In this document: piece by piece, positions 28,254-36,867 of the stretch
Layout of the letters: each line of letters starts with the position of its first letter
Numbering within the stretch: position 1 is the stretch's first letter
Assembly: GCA_964491925.1 (NCBI GenBank)
Contig: CAZBGZ010000005.1
Location: 1-57,093, forward strand
Source: an uncultured Candidatus Saccharibacteria bacterium
Lineage (GTDB): Bacteria; Patescibacteriota; Saccharimonadia; Saccharimonadales; JAGQNJ01
Reading direction: 5' to 3'
Length of the DNA: 57,093 nt
Position numbers and translations under genes: made by a program
Notes under the pieces: generated by a model
What the model saw: the letters and a program-made list of their open reading frames with translations, nothing else
Told to the model about the DNA's origin: nothing
The model's database searches: none

Positions 28254-29192
28254 TTACAGGTGCTGGCGTTTATTAAGCAATATTTTTAGTTTTCTGGGGA
28301 TAAACACTGCTGCTTCCTCGGGTGTTGCTATTACAGTTGGAGCATGAACATGGACATTCAGCGGCATTTTTATAAAATCCTTATAAATCACACGCATGTG
28401 TTGTTCTATCATGTGATTATCAAAATATTGGTCACCATCGATGGCTACATGATAAATCTTTGTGTTGATTTTATGATTACACAGATTCAATCCTAGCATC
28501 TGAGACAAGGTGTAGTAATGGGTCCTGACATCGTTTTTTTGCCAAAGCTCAACCTCGAAATTAATTCGCTTTTTCTGGTCTTCTTCTGATTCGCCCTCTG
28601 GATTTAGTGCCTTAATCCTAAAATGAGTATAGAACCATCGAATAAAAAAAGGCTGCAATACCACATGTTTTATAAGCCAAGCAGGAACTGCACAAGACAA
28701 AAACGCTGTCACATATTTAAAGAATTTTATTTTTCGAGAAGGTGGTTTAAAGTCATCGTGATGAACAAAACCCGCAACACTGGCCAAGTCGTCCACCCGC
28801 TTGACTAGCTCTGGATATTTCTGAAGCATCCTTGTAACAATGGCAGAGCCTAGCGATATGGCAACTATGGTAAACCTTGTTTTCTTATATCTAAGTTTTA
28901 TGAAGGCAGCAAGATAGTCTGCCAAGGTATCAATATCTGGTTTTTTACCAATTTTATAGAAGCTAGTCATTCCGCCGAAACCGGGCATGTCTGGCACCGT
29001 TACGCCTCCGTATTTGTTAAATGCGCCCGCTAGCCCCCACATTCGCTCAAGGCTAGCATGGTGACCGTAAACAACAAGCATTTCCCTAGATTTCCCTTTG
29101 GGTGGTCTTAAAATCAACATTCTTCCATCCAGTCCATTCATGGATAATGGCTCAATATAATCTTCTGGGTTTTTTATCTGTTTTTTCGCCAT
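28254..29192 (-). CDS. Alpha/beta hydrolase fold protein
   Basis: PDMPGFGG; nucleophile elbow AISLG. Confidence 0.8.
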   Translation of the reverse strand: MAKKQIKNPEDYIEPLSMNGLDGRMLILRPPKGKSREMLVVYGHHASLERMWGLAGAFNKYGGVTVPDMPGFGGMTSFYKIGKKPDIDTLADYLAAFIKLRYKKTRFTIVAISLGSAIVTRMLQKYPELVKRVDDLASVAGFVHHDDFKPPSRKIKFFKYVTAFLSCAVPAWLIKHVVLQPFFIRWFYTHFRIKALNPEGESEEDQKKRINFEVELWQKNDVRTHYYTLSQMLGLNLCNHKINTKIYHVAIDGDQYFDNHMIEQHMRVIYKDFIKMPLNVHVHAPTVIATPEEAAVFIPRKLKILLNKRQHL

Positions 29193-29269
29193 AATTTGTT
29201 AGATACCAGTATAGACAAGCCAGAACGATCCAACAAGGATAAGCAATATTTTTGCTATAATGAAAGCAA

Positions 29270-29998
29270 ATGAAAAAAAAGAAAATTTTTGCATCGCTTG
29301 TATTATTTATTTTGGTATTTATTGGAATCCTTGCGTGGCGAACAAGAAATAATACTGAACCAACAACACAACTCAGCTCGTTTGATAAACGACAGTATTC
29401 CACCTCAAAACCCTCAAGTCTGTGGGTAGTCGTAAACAAACAAAGAGCTTTGCCCAGTGGATACCGACCAAAAACGCTTAGACAGCCTTCGGTCAAAGTT
29501 AGGATGAACGGCACACAGGAAATGCTACTGCGCGACGATGCGGCGAGTGCACTCGAAAAATTGATGAGCGACGCGAAAGACAAAGGCATGGACTTGATGC
29601 TGGTTAGTGGATACAGGTCTTATGTTTTACAAAAAGCAGTATATGAAAGAAACGTATCCGAACAGGGAAGAGAAGATGCTGACAAGACTAGTGCCCGACC
29701 TGGCCACAGCGAACATCAAACCGGGCTTGCTGCTGATTTGGGGAAATCTACAGGCAATTGCGAACTACAAACATGTTTTGGTTACAGCAAAGAGGGCAAA
29801 TGGTTAGCAAAAAATGCCCAAAACTACGGATTCATAATTCGATATCAAGATGGCAAGCAATCTGTTGTCGGCTACAGCTATGAGCCCTGGCACGTACGTT
29901 TTGTGGGGAAGGGACTATCGCGGGAAATATATAAAAACAAAACAACCATGGAAGAATTCTTTAACCTACCCGACGCCAGAGACTATTTGACTCAGTGA
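29270..29998 (+). CDS. M15B D-alanyl-D-alanine carboxypeptidase (VanY-like)
   Basis: N-terminal anchor, SGYRSY, PGHSEHQTGLA, YEPWH. Confidence 0.93.
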   Translation: MKKKKIFASLVLFILVFIGILAWRTRNNTEPTTQLSSFDKRQYSTSKPSSLWVVVNKQRALPSGYRPKTLRQPSVKVRMNGTQEMLLRDDAASALEKLMSDAKDKGMDLMLVSGYRSYVLQKAVYERNVSEQGREDADKTSARPGHSEHQTGLAADLGKSTGNCELQTCFGYSKEGKWLAKNAQNYGFIIRYQDGKQSVVGYSYEPWHVRFVGKGLSREIYKNKTTMEEFFNLPDARDYLTQ

Positions 29999-30044
29999 TA
30001 TTGAACTCTCATAAAGTCTTGATTCGGGATATACCTTGGTTAAA

Positions 30045-30944
30045 CTATTGGACTAGTTGGCCGACACCGACCCACACGTATTCCCATGGCTCGGGTTCTG
30101 GACCTTGCTCGTCAGTATTCTCTGGGTAGCTAGGAATCCAGCCCGCCCGCTTAGCCTTGTCATAATTATTGGCTTTTAGCCATTTGTAGCAATCTGTATA
30201 CTCAAATGCTCTCCCGACGCCATCATCACAGATAAGATCAACCGTGTAGCCCGTATGATGCCTAGAGTAGCCTGGAGGTGCCGTCATACCCAATACCTTA
30301 ACTACAGTTGCATCTGCATTGCCCGAAGCAATAGCATTCACATTAGCTCCAGTAGCATTTAGCCTGGACAGGAATAAGTCTCGCTGTAGATCTATAGAGC
30401 GATATCCAGAGTTAAGTGCCAATGGAACATGGTCTTTTTTAGCCAAACCTTTCAGCACTAGCCACGCGGTGTATGCCTTTGGTTGTAACAGATCGTCTTC
30501 TTTGACGTTTGGAGCGTTCGTTTTTACGATTGGTAACACGGGCACATTACGCAGAGTATAGCCTCGACTCTCTGCAATCGTGCGTATCCTAGAGTCGGCA
30601 GCAGAATTGCTTGTTATTTTAGGTAGGTCTTGGATCGGCTGAGTATTAGGATAGGCAATAGATTCGTAAAGACGTTGAAACTGATCACCTGCAAAATATT
30701 TGAAACCTACATCGCGGGCACCAGCAACCTTATTGAGTTCGGATACGGTACTAGCCGCCGCTATACCCGTGTTGGGCTTTTGCCTCAGAGCCGTTTCTCG
30801 ATAATTATTTGCTAAAAACAAAAATCCAAAGGCAACAATAATAAGCCCCAGAAGAACCGCTAATGTTCGTTTGGGATTCTTGCGATGGTTCTTTTTTTTC
30901 GTTGTATGTCTTCTATGGATAGATGTAGGTTCTATAACTCGCAT
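30045..30944 (-). CDS. M15 family D,D-carboxypeptidase-like protein
   Basis: SGYRS, PPGYSRHHTG; EPWE in place of the usual EPWH. Confidence 0.85.
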   Translation of the reverse strand: MRVIEPTSIHRRHTTKKKNHRKNPKRTLAVLLGLIIVAFGFLFLANNYRETALRQKPNTGIAAASTVSELNKVAGARDVGFKYFAGDQFQRLYESIAYPNTQPIQDLPKITSNSAADSRIRTIAESRGYTLRNVPVLPIVKTNAPNVKEDDLLQPKAYTAWLVLKGLAKKDHVPLALNSGYRSIDLQRDLFLSRLNATGANVNAIASGNADATVVKVLGMTAPPGYSRHHTGYTVDLICDDGVGRAFEYTDCYKWLKANNYDKAKRAGWIPSYPENTDEQGPEPEPWEYVWVGVGQLVQ

Positions 30945-31115
30945 ATGAATAACATTATACGACGATTGTTGTGATATTTGTATATTAAGGAGTAATAAGC
31001 TACAATTTGACCTGTTATTCGGATAAAATATCCGAGTGAATTCGTTGCATTAGAGTTAAGTATTTGCATCGTTCAAATTTGTGAGACCGTTCGCAAATTT
31101 TAGAGGAGATGGCTT

Positions 31116-31175
31116 GCTAATGTCGCCAGTAGTGCCGAGCAAACTTGTTTTGTCGGCGATACGGCAACATTAGCA
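31116..31175 (+). repeat. Long imperfect hairpin upstream of tRNA-Gln
   Basis: TGCTAATGTCGCC...GCCGA-GCAAACTTGTTTTG-TCGGC...GGCAACATTAGCA. Confidence 0.55.
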
Positions 31176-31189
31176 TTACACATCGACGA

Positions 31190-31264
31190 TGGGGCGTGGC
31201 CAAGTGGTAAGGCACCAGTTTTTGGTACTGGCATTCGGGGGTTCGAATCCCTCCGCCCCAGCCA
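31190..31264 (+). tRNA. tRNA-Gln (TTG)
   Basis: TGGGGCG...CCAGT-TTTTGGT-ACTGG...GGTTCGAATCC...CGCCCCAGCCA. Confidence 0.96.
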
Positions 31265-31353
31265 ATATAGATTCGAACCGAAGTCAAAGATGTATTTTTG
31301 CTTTCGACAATTTATTATATTATGGTTAGAGTACAATTATAAGGATTAAGTAG

Positions 31354-31854
31354 GTGAGTAGTAGCACAAGAATTAGTTTAGAAGTAATAGATGAGCGTCC
31401 CAAACACGTGTCGTACTCGCATAAAATGAATCCTGCTTTCAGAACTCACACATCACCCTGGGGTAGCCATCAAAGTGGAGGCAGCGCGGGCAGCTTTAGG
31501 GCACATTCATTGGATGTAGTTGAGTCACTCTGTGAAGCTGATATTCCTGGGAGCAACCTAATACTTAACCATAGGAGCCCACATTCAATCGGGTCTGACA
31601 GTTTCGGCAATGCTATGAGCCATATATTAGCCATTCGAATATATGAGGTTGAACCAGATATGCTCGAGATTGTTACCTATCCAAATGGCATAGAACTACA
31701 AGAGGGGATCTTCCCGAGTAGCATTGGAATTGAGCCTGATTGTCAGTGGCAAATTAGTGTACCCCTTTATAGTGTACCGCTTTATGGTAATGGCCTAGTA
31801 ACGGTCAGCTTATGTCCAGAAGGGGCGTTTGCAGAAACACAGCCTGCCTCATAG
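31354..31854 (+). CDS. Hypothetical protein
   Basis: 166-aa ORF between tRNA-Gln and a degenerate copy of its 3' end; no motif recognised. Confidence 0.5.
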   Translation: MSSSTRISLEVIDERPKHVSYSHKMNPAFRTHTSPWGSHQSGGSAGSFRAHSLDVVESLCEADIPGSNLILNHRSPHSIGSDSFGNAMSHILAIRIYEVEPDMLEIVTYPNGIELQEGIFPSSIGIEPDCQWQISVPLYSVPLYGNGLVTVSLCPEGAFAETQPAS

Positions 31855-31864
31855 TCTGGGGCAA

Positions 31865-31889
31865 GGTTCGAGACCACGCCGCTCAGCCA
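31865..31889 (+). repeat. Degenerate copy of the tRNA-Gln 3' end (att-like scar)
   Basis: GGTTCGAGACCACGCCGCTCAGCCA vs GGTTCGAATCCCTCCGCCCCAGCCA, 17/25 identical ungapped. Confidence 0.5.
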
Positions 31890-32094
31890 GGGTTAACACA
31901 ACATATTTCGGGGCTATATCAACGGCATAGAGTCTCAATTATTAGAGCTGAGCGACTTTCGCAATAGTACACCAGACCTACACTCGGGGGATATTTTTCA
32001 TACACAAACTTGCATTCTGAATACCTAGTTTGCGGAGAAGGATCTTCGTTCTCTAGACTATGGCTGCCCTGAAGCAAAAAATATGCAATTACTA

Positions 32095-32123
32095 TTGTAA
32101 TTTATAATAATCTGTGTTATAGT
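32095..32123 (+). promoter_or_regulatory. Putative promoter for a leaderless transcript of the fusion-HAM1 operon
   Basis: TTGTAA-17 nt-TATAGT, 6 nt before the GTG start. Confidence 0.6.
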
Positions 32124-32129
32124 ATCCCA

Positions 32130-34682
32130 GTGAAAAGTTCTGAACTCGATTTTACGATTGATCGCTTTCCTGGCGTACCCGATGTGGCGGACATTGAGCC
32201 TATTGCCACTATTGTTGATATGGCGTCTGATTTTCGTGAAACGGTTGAACCGGCTTGGAGCAAGAGGACTGCGCACCCCAGCGCTCAAGAAGCAGCAGGA
32301 CCCTATATGGCTGAAGGTCAATGCGCGGTAACCATGCACCTTTTTCGTTCGATATTAGAAGAGCAATGTCCCGGTATTGATGCTAGAAACATGATCGGAG
32401 ATGTATTTGATAGAGGCGGAAAACCCTACACCACAAATCATGTATGGACCGAGGTAGAAACGGTCGGCGGTCGTACGTTAATAGTTGATCTTACTCCCGA
32501 CCAGAATGATGATCCGGATGATTTAACGCCAAAAATGCTAATTGGTTTTAGTGACGAACTAGAACAAAAAGGATATGTTTATTCGCCAAGAGAAATCGAT
32601 GAATCACCTGATTCTAACCCAAATCTAGGCCCTCGTTACGAAATCCTTCGTCAAAGATATCAAAGAGTCCAAACGCGCAGATCTTACTATGATCAACTAG
32701 CCAAGCAAAATATATATATAGTTGGCGGTGTTGCAACCGGTAAATCGGAATTGGCTAAAAACTTAGAAACTACTTTCCCCCATAAGTTCGTGGTTGATGT
32801 TGGGAATCTTTTCCGCGTCATCACAAAATCTATTCTCGAAGCAACAGAAGGATCGAAGCATTATATAAGTGGAGAACTCGTAGAACAGGTTCTGGGAGGT
32901 GATGTCGACGCCACAGATAGTTTTATCGGTCTATTGAGCAGAAAAACATCTTCATTACGCCAAACTTTAGCAGAAATAGACATTGTCGAACAGGACGGCT
33001 TAAGAAGAATGACTCGAAACGGAGAGGATGTCGAATCAGGAATTGAAACTGCTGAGATCGAATCATTAGTGCCCCTCGTTGCGGGGGTTCAAAGCGTGCG
33101 CCGTGTGGTATGGGACTGGATTGATAAAAACGCTAGCGAGAAAGATGGTTTGATTTTAACGGGGCATAGTCTGACCGACATAGACACCACCAAATTCACA
33201 GTCATACCTCTAAGGGCTTCCCCAGATGTTGTTGCCAAAAGAGCACTAGAGCGCACTAGGAGCCCCGGAACATCGCTGCATGTAGCGTCGGAACGAATAA
33301 AAAATCGTAACCAAAACGACCGTTTATTTATCACCGATGGTATTCTTGATTATCTAGGCATCGAGGCAATTGAAACAGATGGGCTAACTCAACGTGGTGT
33401 CGCGCTTGCCGCGCTTCTAAGATTTGCACGGGCAGCAAAAAATTCGGTAGAAATTCAAGCCTTGCAAGCTGAGATATCTGTCCCTAGAGCCGAATTTCAG
33501 TGGGGAGTAAACGGTCTAGTATCTGGCATACGCACAGTTGGCCAAGAAATTTTTGAATCGATAGTCGCAGACGAACGGCTGATTGATCCAGAGAATACGC
33601 CGACAGAATTTGATCTTTCGGTGCAAACAATGATTCAGTTGTGTGGCTATGAAGCGGACAGGATATGGCTAGGTGATGCTTCGATAGTCGCTGACTCAGT
33701 AGCTTTAATCAATGATGGAAAAGGTGATGAAGCCAACCAATTATTAAGTAAAGCCCTGCAGTCAGGGGACATATACTTAAATACCGAACTTGTTAGAGAA
33801 ATAGCGCTTGGGCAAATACAACGCATTAAAGAGTTCACTGCGGCACACTACAATAACGAATTTTATCTCCCAAAATTCGCTGATCCTAAAACTTCACCTT
33901 TCGACCACCCTAATCCAGAAGTGACATCAAAAGGAAGAGAAATAGTCACTTTAGATAACGGAGAACGAGAAATTGTCATCCACGAAAGATACTCCGGAAA
34001 AAGAATCGTGCTAAAACGAACGCAACCGGAAATAAGTAAAGCATATGCGAAAGGTTTACATTATTTACATGTTGGACGCGATGATGAATATAAAGCATAT
34101 GGAGCATACCTAGAAGGAGAACAATTCCCATTTGCTTGGGTGTCGTATTCACCCGTAGATCGCTCTTACAAAAAAGAAATGTTGCAATTCTTTGGCGTTG
34201 AACCTCATAGAATGCTAGAGATGACTCGTGCCTGGAACGCTAGTTGGTCACCTAAAAACTCTATGAGTTTACTTTTTTCGTTTGCTCACAGCGAACTGCA
34301 GGAGGATTTCCAGCGTGGTGTGGATAGAAAAGAACGCGACAAACCCCTAGCAGGCATTCTCACAGCGATTAACCCAAACCTCGGATTCAGAGCCAATGCA
34401 TTTAACGGCGTAGATTTTGGCATAATTGGGCTAAAACCAGCAGGATTTACTTATTTTGTTGATGAATCTGGAGAGACCAGCTATATGTCTCGTCGTGCAA
34501 TAGCCAAGAAGCTGGGTGTGCCAGAAAGTGAACTAGAATCTGATCCACGATTTACACGTAACAAAGTGCCTCTTTTACCAACCAACGAAATGGCGGTATT
34601 CTTTCGTGGCACTAAACGTTATCAACTTCCTGGACCAATCTACAGGATCCCCGACAACGCATATGTAGAATCTAAATCATGA
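32130..34682 (+). CDS. Multidomain protein: YunG-like Cys-His-Asp domain + cytidylate-kinase-like domain + Mom-like GNAT domain
   Basis: N-terminal AWS..GQCAVT..NHVW..IVDLTPDQ..RYEILRQR; middle IVGGVATGKS, DVGNLFRVIT, NGEDV, LRASPDVVAKR; C-terminal LHYLH, LEMTRAW..SPKNSMS, TAINPNLGF. Confidence 0.7.
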   Translation: MKSSELDFTIDRFPGVPDVADIEPIATIVDMASDFRETVEPAWSKRTAHPSAQEAAGPYMAEGQCAVTMHLFRSILEEQCPGIDARNMIGDVFDRGGKPYTTNHVWTEVETVGGRTLIVDLTPDQNDDPDDLTPKMLIGFSDELEQKGYVYSPREIDESPDSNPNLGPRYEILRQRYQRVQTRRSYYDQLAKQNIYIVGGVATGKSELAKNLETTFPHKFVVDVGNLFRVITKSILEATEGSKHYISGELVEQVLGGDVDATDSFIGLLSRKTSSLRQTLAEIDIVEQDGLRRMTRNGEDVESGIETAEIESLVPLVAGVQSVRRVVWDWIDKNASEKDGLILTGHSLTDIDTTKFTVIPLRASPDVVAKRALERTRSPGTSLHVASERIKNRNQNDRLFITDGILDYLGIEAIETDGLTQRGVALAALLRFARAAKNSVEIQALQAEISVPRAEFQWGVNGLVSGIRTVGQEIFESIVADERLIDPENTPTEFDLSVQTMIQLCGYEADRIWLGDASIVADSVALINDGKGDEANQLLSKALQSGDIYLNTELVREIALGQIQRIKEFTAAHYNNEFYLPKFADPKTSPFDHPNPEVTSKGREIVTLDNGEREIVIHERYSGKRIVLKRTQPEISKAYAKGLHYLHVGRDDEYKAYGAYLEGEQFPFAWVSYSPVDRSYKKEMLQFFGVEPHRMLEMTRAWNASWSPKNSMSLLFSFAHSELQEDFQRGVDRKERDKPLAGILTAINPNLGFRANAFNGVDFGIIGLKPAGFTYFVDESGETSYMSRRAIAKKLGVPESELESDPRFTRNKVPLLPTNEMAVFFRGTKRYQLPGPIYRIPDNAYVESKS

Positions 34683-35284
34683 AAATTTTAATTGCAACAA
34701 ATAATCACACTAAGTTTAATCTCGTTGCTAGACTGCTCAAGGAAACTCCTTTTAAAGAATACGACTTCGTGTGCCCGGCTGATTTAGGATTTAACTTGAA
34801 TGTTCGAGAAAAAGGTTCACTTCAGAACCGCGCGCTGACAAAGGCCGGACAGGCTCGGGAGCTGGTAAAAAAAATGGAGGTTACAGACGATATTGCTTAT
34901 TTCGTCGGGATAGATGATGGGATTCGTTTTGTTCAAGACAAAACGACCCATTCTGATAGCAAAAAGGCAACCGATCGCATACTTAAAAGAGAAAATGTAC
35001 ATATCGGTGACAGTATTACCATAGTTCGTGCTTTCGGATTCGTAGATCAAAAAGGCAATTCATTGTCCTGTATTACTAGAGTCCCTATGACCTACATAGG
35101 AAACCCAAATAATATAGAGAGAAAAGAAGGAGCATACCCTCTAGAATATGTCCTTTCCTACGAACACCAACAGAAGCCGATCAACCAGTTGAGCCAAGAT
35201 CATAAAAACATACAAAATCAAAAATATATGCTAAAAAACATCAGTAAAACCATCAACGAATTCTTAAACCTGAAACAGCTATAA
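34679..35284 (+). CDS. Divergent HAM1/ITPase (RdgB)-fold nucleotide pyrophosphatase-like protein
   Basis: ILIATNNHTK, EKGSLQNRALTKA, VGIDDG; ATGA overlap with the upstream gene; lacks the canonical GFGYDP and SHR motifs. Confidence 0.75.
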   Translation: MKILIATNNHTKFNLVARLLKETPFKEYDFVCPADLGFNLNVREKGSLQNRALTKAGQARELVKKMEVTDDIAYFVGIDDGIRFVQDKTTHSDSKKATDRILKRENVHIGDSITIVRAFGFVDQKGNSLSCITRVPMTYIGNPNNIERKEGAYPLEYVLSYEHQQKPINQLSQDHKNIQNQKYMLKNISKTINEFLNLKQL

Positions 35285-35296
35285 ATAAAATATTGA

Positions 35297-35401
35297 TTGG
35301 CTGTCCTAAAAACTATTGTAGGCACGGTGCACGGCACAAAAGTGCTAAAAAATGGTGATAAAGTCGTCCTGGACCTTGTCAAAGGTGAAGTCAACAAATG
35401 A
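35297..35401 (+). pseudogene. C-terminal remnant of a PEP-utilising enzyme mobile (phospho-His swivelling) domain
   Basis: Translates LAVLKTIVGTVHGTKVLKNGDKVVLDLVKGEVNK*, matching the family tail (.PCIVGT..ATKVLKDGD.V.VD...G.V); preceded in frame by TGA. Confidence 0.6.
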
Positions 35402-35525
35402 TAAATTTTTGCAACAGGAGAGTATAATAATAGGCAGAAGAGCTTCGAACCTTTCTTGAACAGAAAGGAGGAAAAGCGAAAGAACCGTTCAATGCTCCTC
35501 ATCTAAAAGATAAGGAGATTTTGTT

Positions 35526-35924
35526 ATGAGTAAAAGTAATAATGATGGATCGGGCTGGCTTGGTTGGGTTGGTTTTGCTAGCATCATGTTGCTGCTAATG
35601 GGGTCATTCAGCTTACTAGCGGGCTTTGTCGCTCTGTTTAAAGACACTGTCGTTTATGGGGCCAGTGGGGTAACCTGGGTTCTTAGTTACACACAGTGGG
35701 GCTGGATTCACATACTAGCAGGAGTTTTAGCTATACTAGCGGCTACTAGCCTTGCCTCAGGGCATATGTACGGGCGCATAATTGCAATAATGGTTGCTCT
35801 GTTAAGCGCATTAGTTAACATGGCGTTCATACCAGTTTATCCATTTTGGTCAATTATGGTGATAGTGATTGACGTGATGGTTGTATATGCAGTTGCTGTA
35901 CATGCTGGTGAACTAAAAGAATAA
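35526..35924 (+). CDS. Small 4-TM membrane protein (type common in Actinobacteria)
   Basis: GWVGFASIM, WGWIHI, FIPVYPFWS. Confidence 0.8.
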   Translation: MSKSNNDGSGWLGWVGFASIMLLLMGSFSLLAGFVALFKDTVVYGASGVTWVLSYTQWGWIHILAGVLAILAATSLASGHMYGRIIAIMVALLSALVNMAFIPVYPFWSIMVIVIDVMVVYAVAVHAGELKE

Positions 35925-35943
35925 TATAACCGCTAATAAAAAC

Positions 35944-35991
35944 TAACAAGAAGCCAGATCGGTAAATATAACCCGAATCTGACTTCTGTTA
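35944..35991. terminator. Probable bidirectional terminator hairpin between convergent genes
   Basis: AGAAGCCAGAT..GG...CC..ATCTGACTTCT imperfect inverted repeat. Confidence 0.5.
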
Positions 35992-36007
35992 ATTAGTGGT
36001 AGCTGTA

Positions 36008-36661
36008 CTAAAGTACTACTACTGTGTTGTCGCTAAGCAAGTGGTTTTCAACTGTGTTTCCAGAGTCGATTACGTTACCATTGCCTGAGCCTACAGTGTT
36101 TCCGCTGATGTTGTTAACGGTTGAGGTGGTGTTAGTTGTATTGTTTGTGTTGTTGGTTGTGGTGCTAGAATTGCCGTTTCCGTTGTGAGAATTCACATCA
36201 ACGTCTACATCGACTTCGACTTCAGTGTCGTTATAGCTATCCTTAGTGTTAAAACTATGGTCGTATGTTGTTGTGTTGATATTATTAGTTGTTGTGTTGT
36301 TTTCAGTTTGACTTTGGTTAACTGTGCTAGAGGCAACGTAACCGTATAGCCCTGACGCTACTGATGAAGCACCAGTTGCGCTTGAAGAAGCAGATGCTGA
36401 CGAATCTGATGAATCGCCGCTTTTAGCTGAACTTGCGGCAGGTGCTGAGCAACTGGCACCGCTGGCTACCGCGTATGGAGCTGGGTTTTGATTAACATTG
36501 GCGCTCTGGCTTGCAAAAGTTGCTGCGGACGCCATTTGTGCTGATATTAGTTTGTTAGCAACATATAGTGCAATAGGCACTGCTACTAAAATAGCGACGA
36601 TTGTAGAGACAAATGTCGCCATCATGTTTGATTTCATTTGATAATATTGTTGTTGTACCAT
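36008..36661 (-). CDS. Membrane-anchored Ser/Asn/Thr-rich low-complexity protein
   Basis: N-terminal TM segment, Ser/Ala linker, NTT/SGN/DV repeats; AGGAGG RBS. Confidence 0.75.
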   Translation of the reverse strand: MVQQQYYQMKSNMMATFVSTIVAILVAVPIALYVANKLISAQMASAATFASQSANVNQNPAPYAVASGASCSAPAASSAKSGDSSDSSASASSSATGASSVASGLYGYVASSTVNQSQTENNTTTNNINTTTYDHSFNTKDSYNDTEVEVDVDVDVNSHNGNGNSSTTTNNTNNTTNTTSTVNNISGNTVGSGNGNVIDSGNTVENHLLSDNTVVVL

Positions 36662-36867
36662 GGCTGGTATCCTCCTAGTTAGTTAAATATCCCTCTCACT
36701 TACTGTTTCAGCCTAACGCTGGCCATATACAGGCGTCAATTGCTTATGCTTTAATTAATGTCGTAGAATTGTCATCATTGCAAAAAAGTTATTATGCTAA
36801 TAAAAATGTTAATGTTTTATTTACTTATTGTTGCCTCAATTTAACTTTGCAGAGTAGAATAATATCA

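Noticed and set aside
31100..31135. Fluoride riboswitch suggested by GGAGATGG...GCTAATG
   Set aside because: The spacing and pairing of the crcB motif are missing, the segment belongs to a different hairpin, and the downstream gene is a tRNA.
31100..31336. 78-aa minus-strand ORF (and likewise 56884..57084)
   Set aside because: These are antisense translations of tRNA genes.
31890..32090. Possible gene remnant upstream of the fusion gene
   Set aside because: Only short open frames with no recognisable similarity; cannot be supported without a search.
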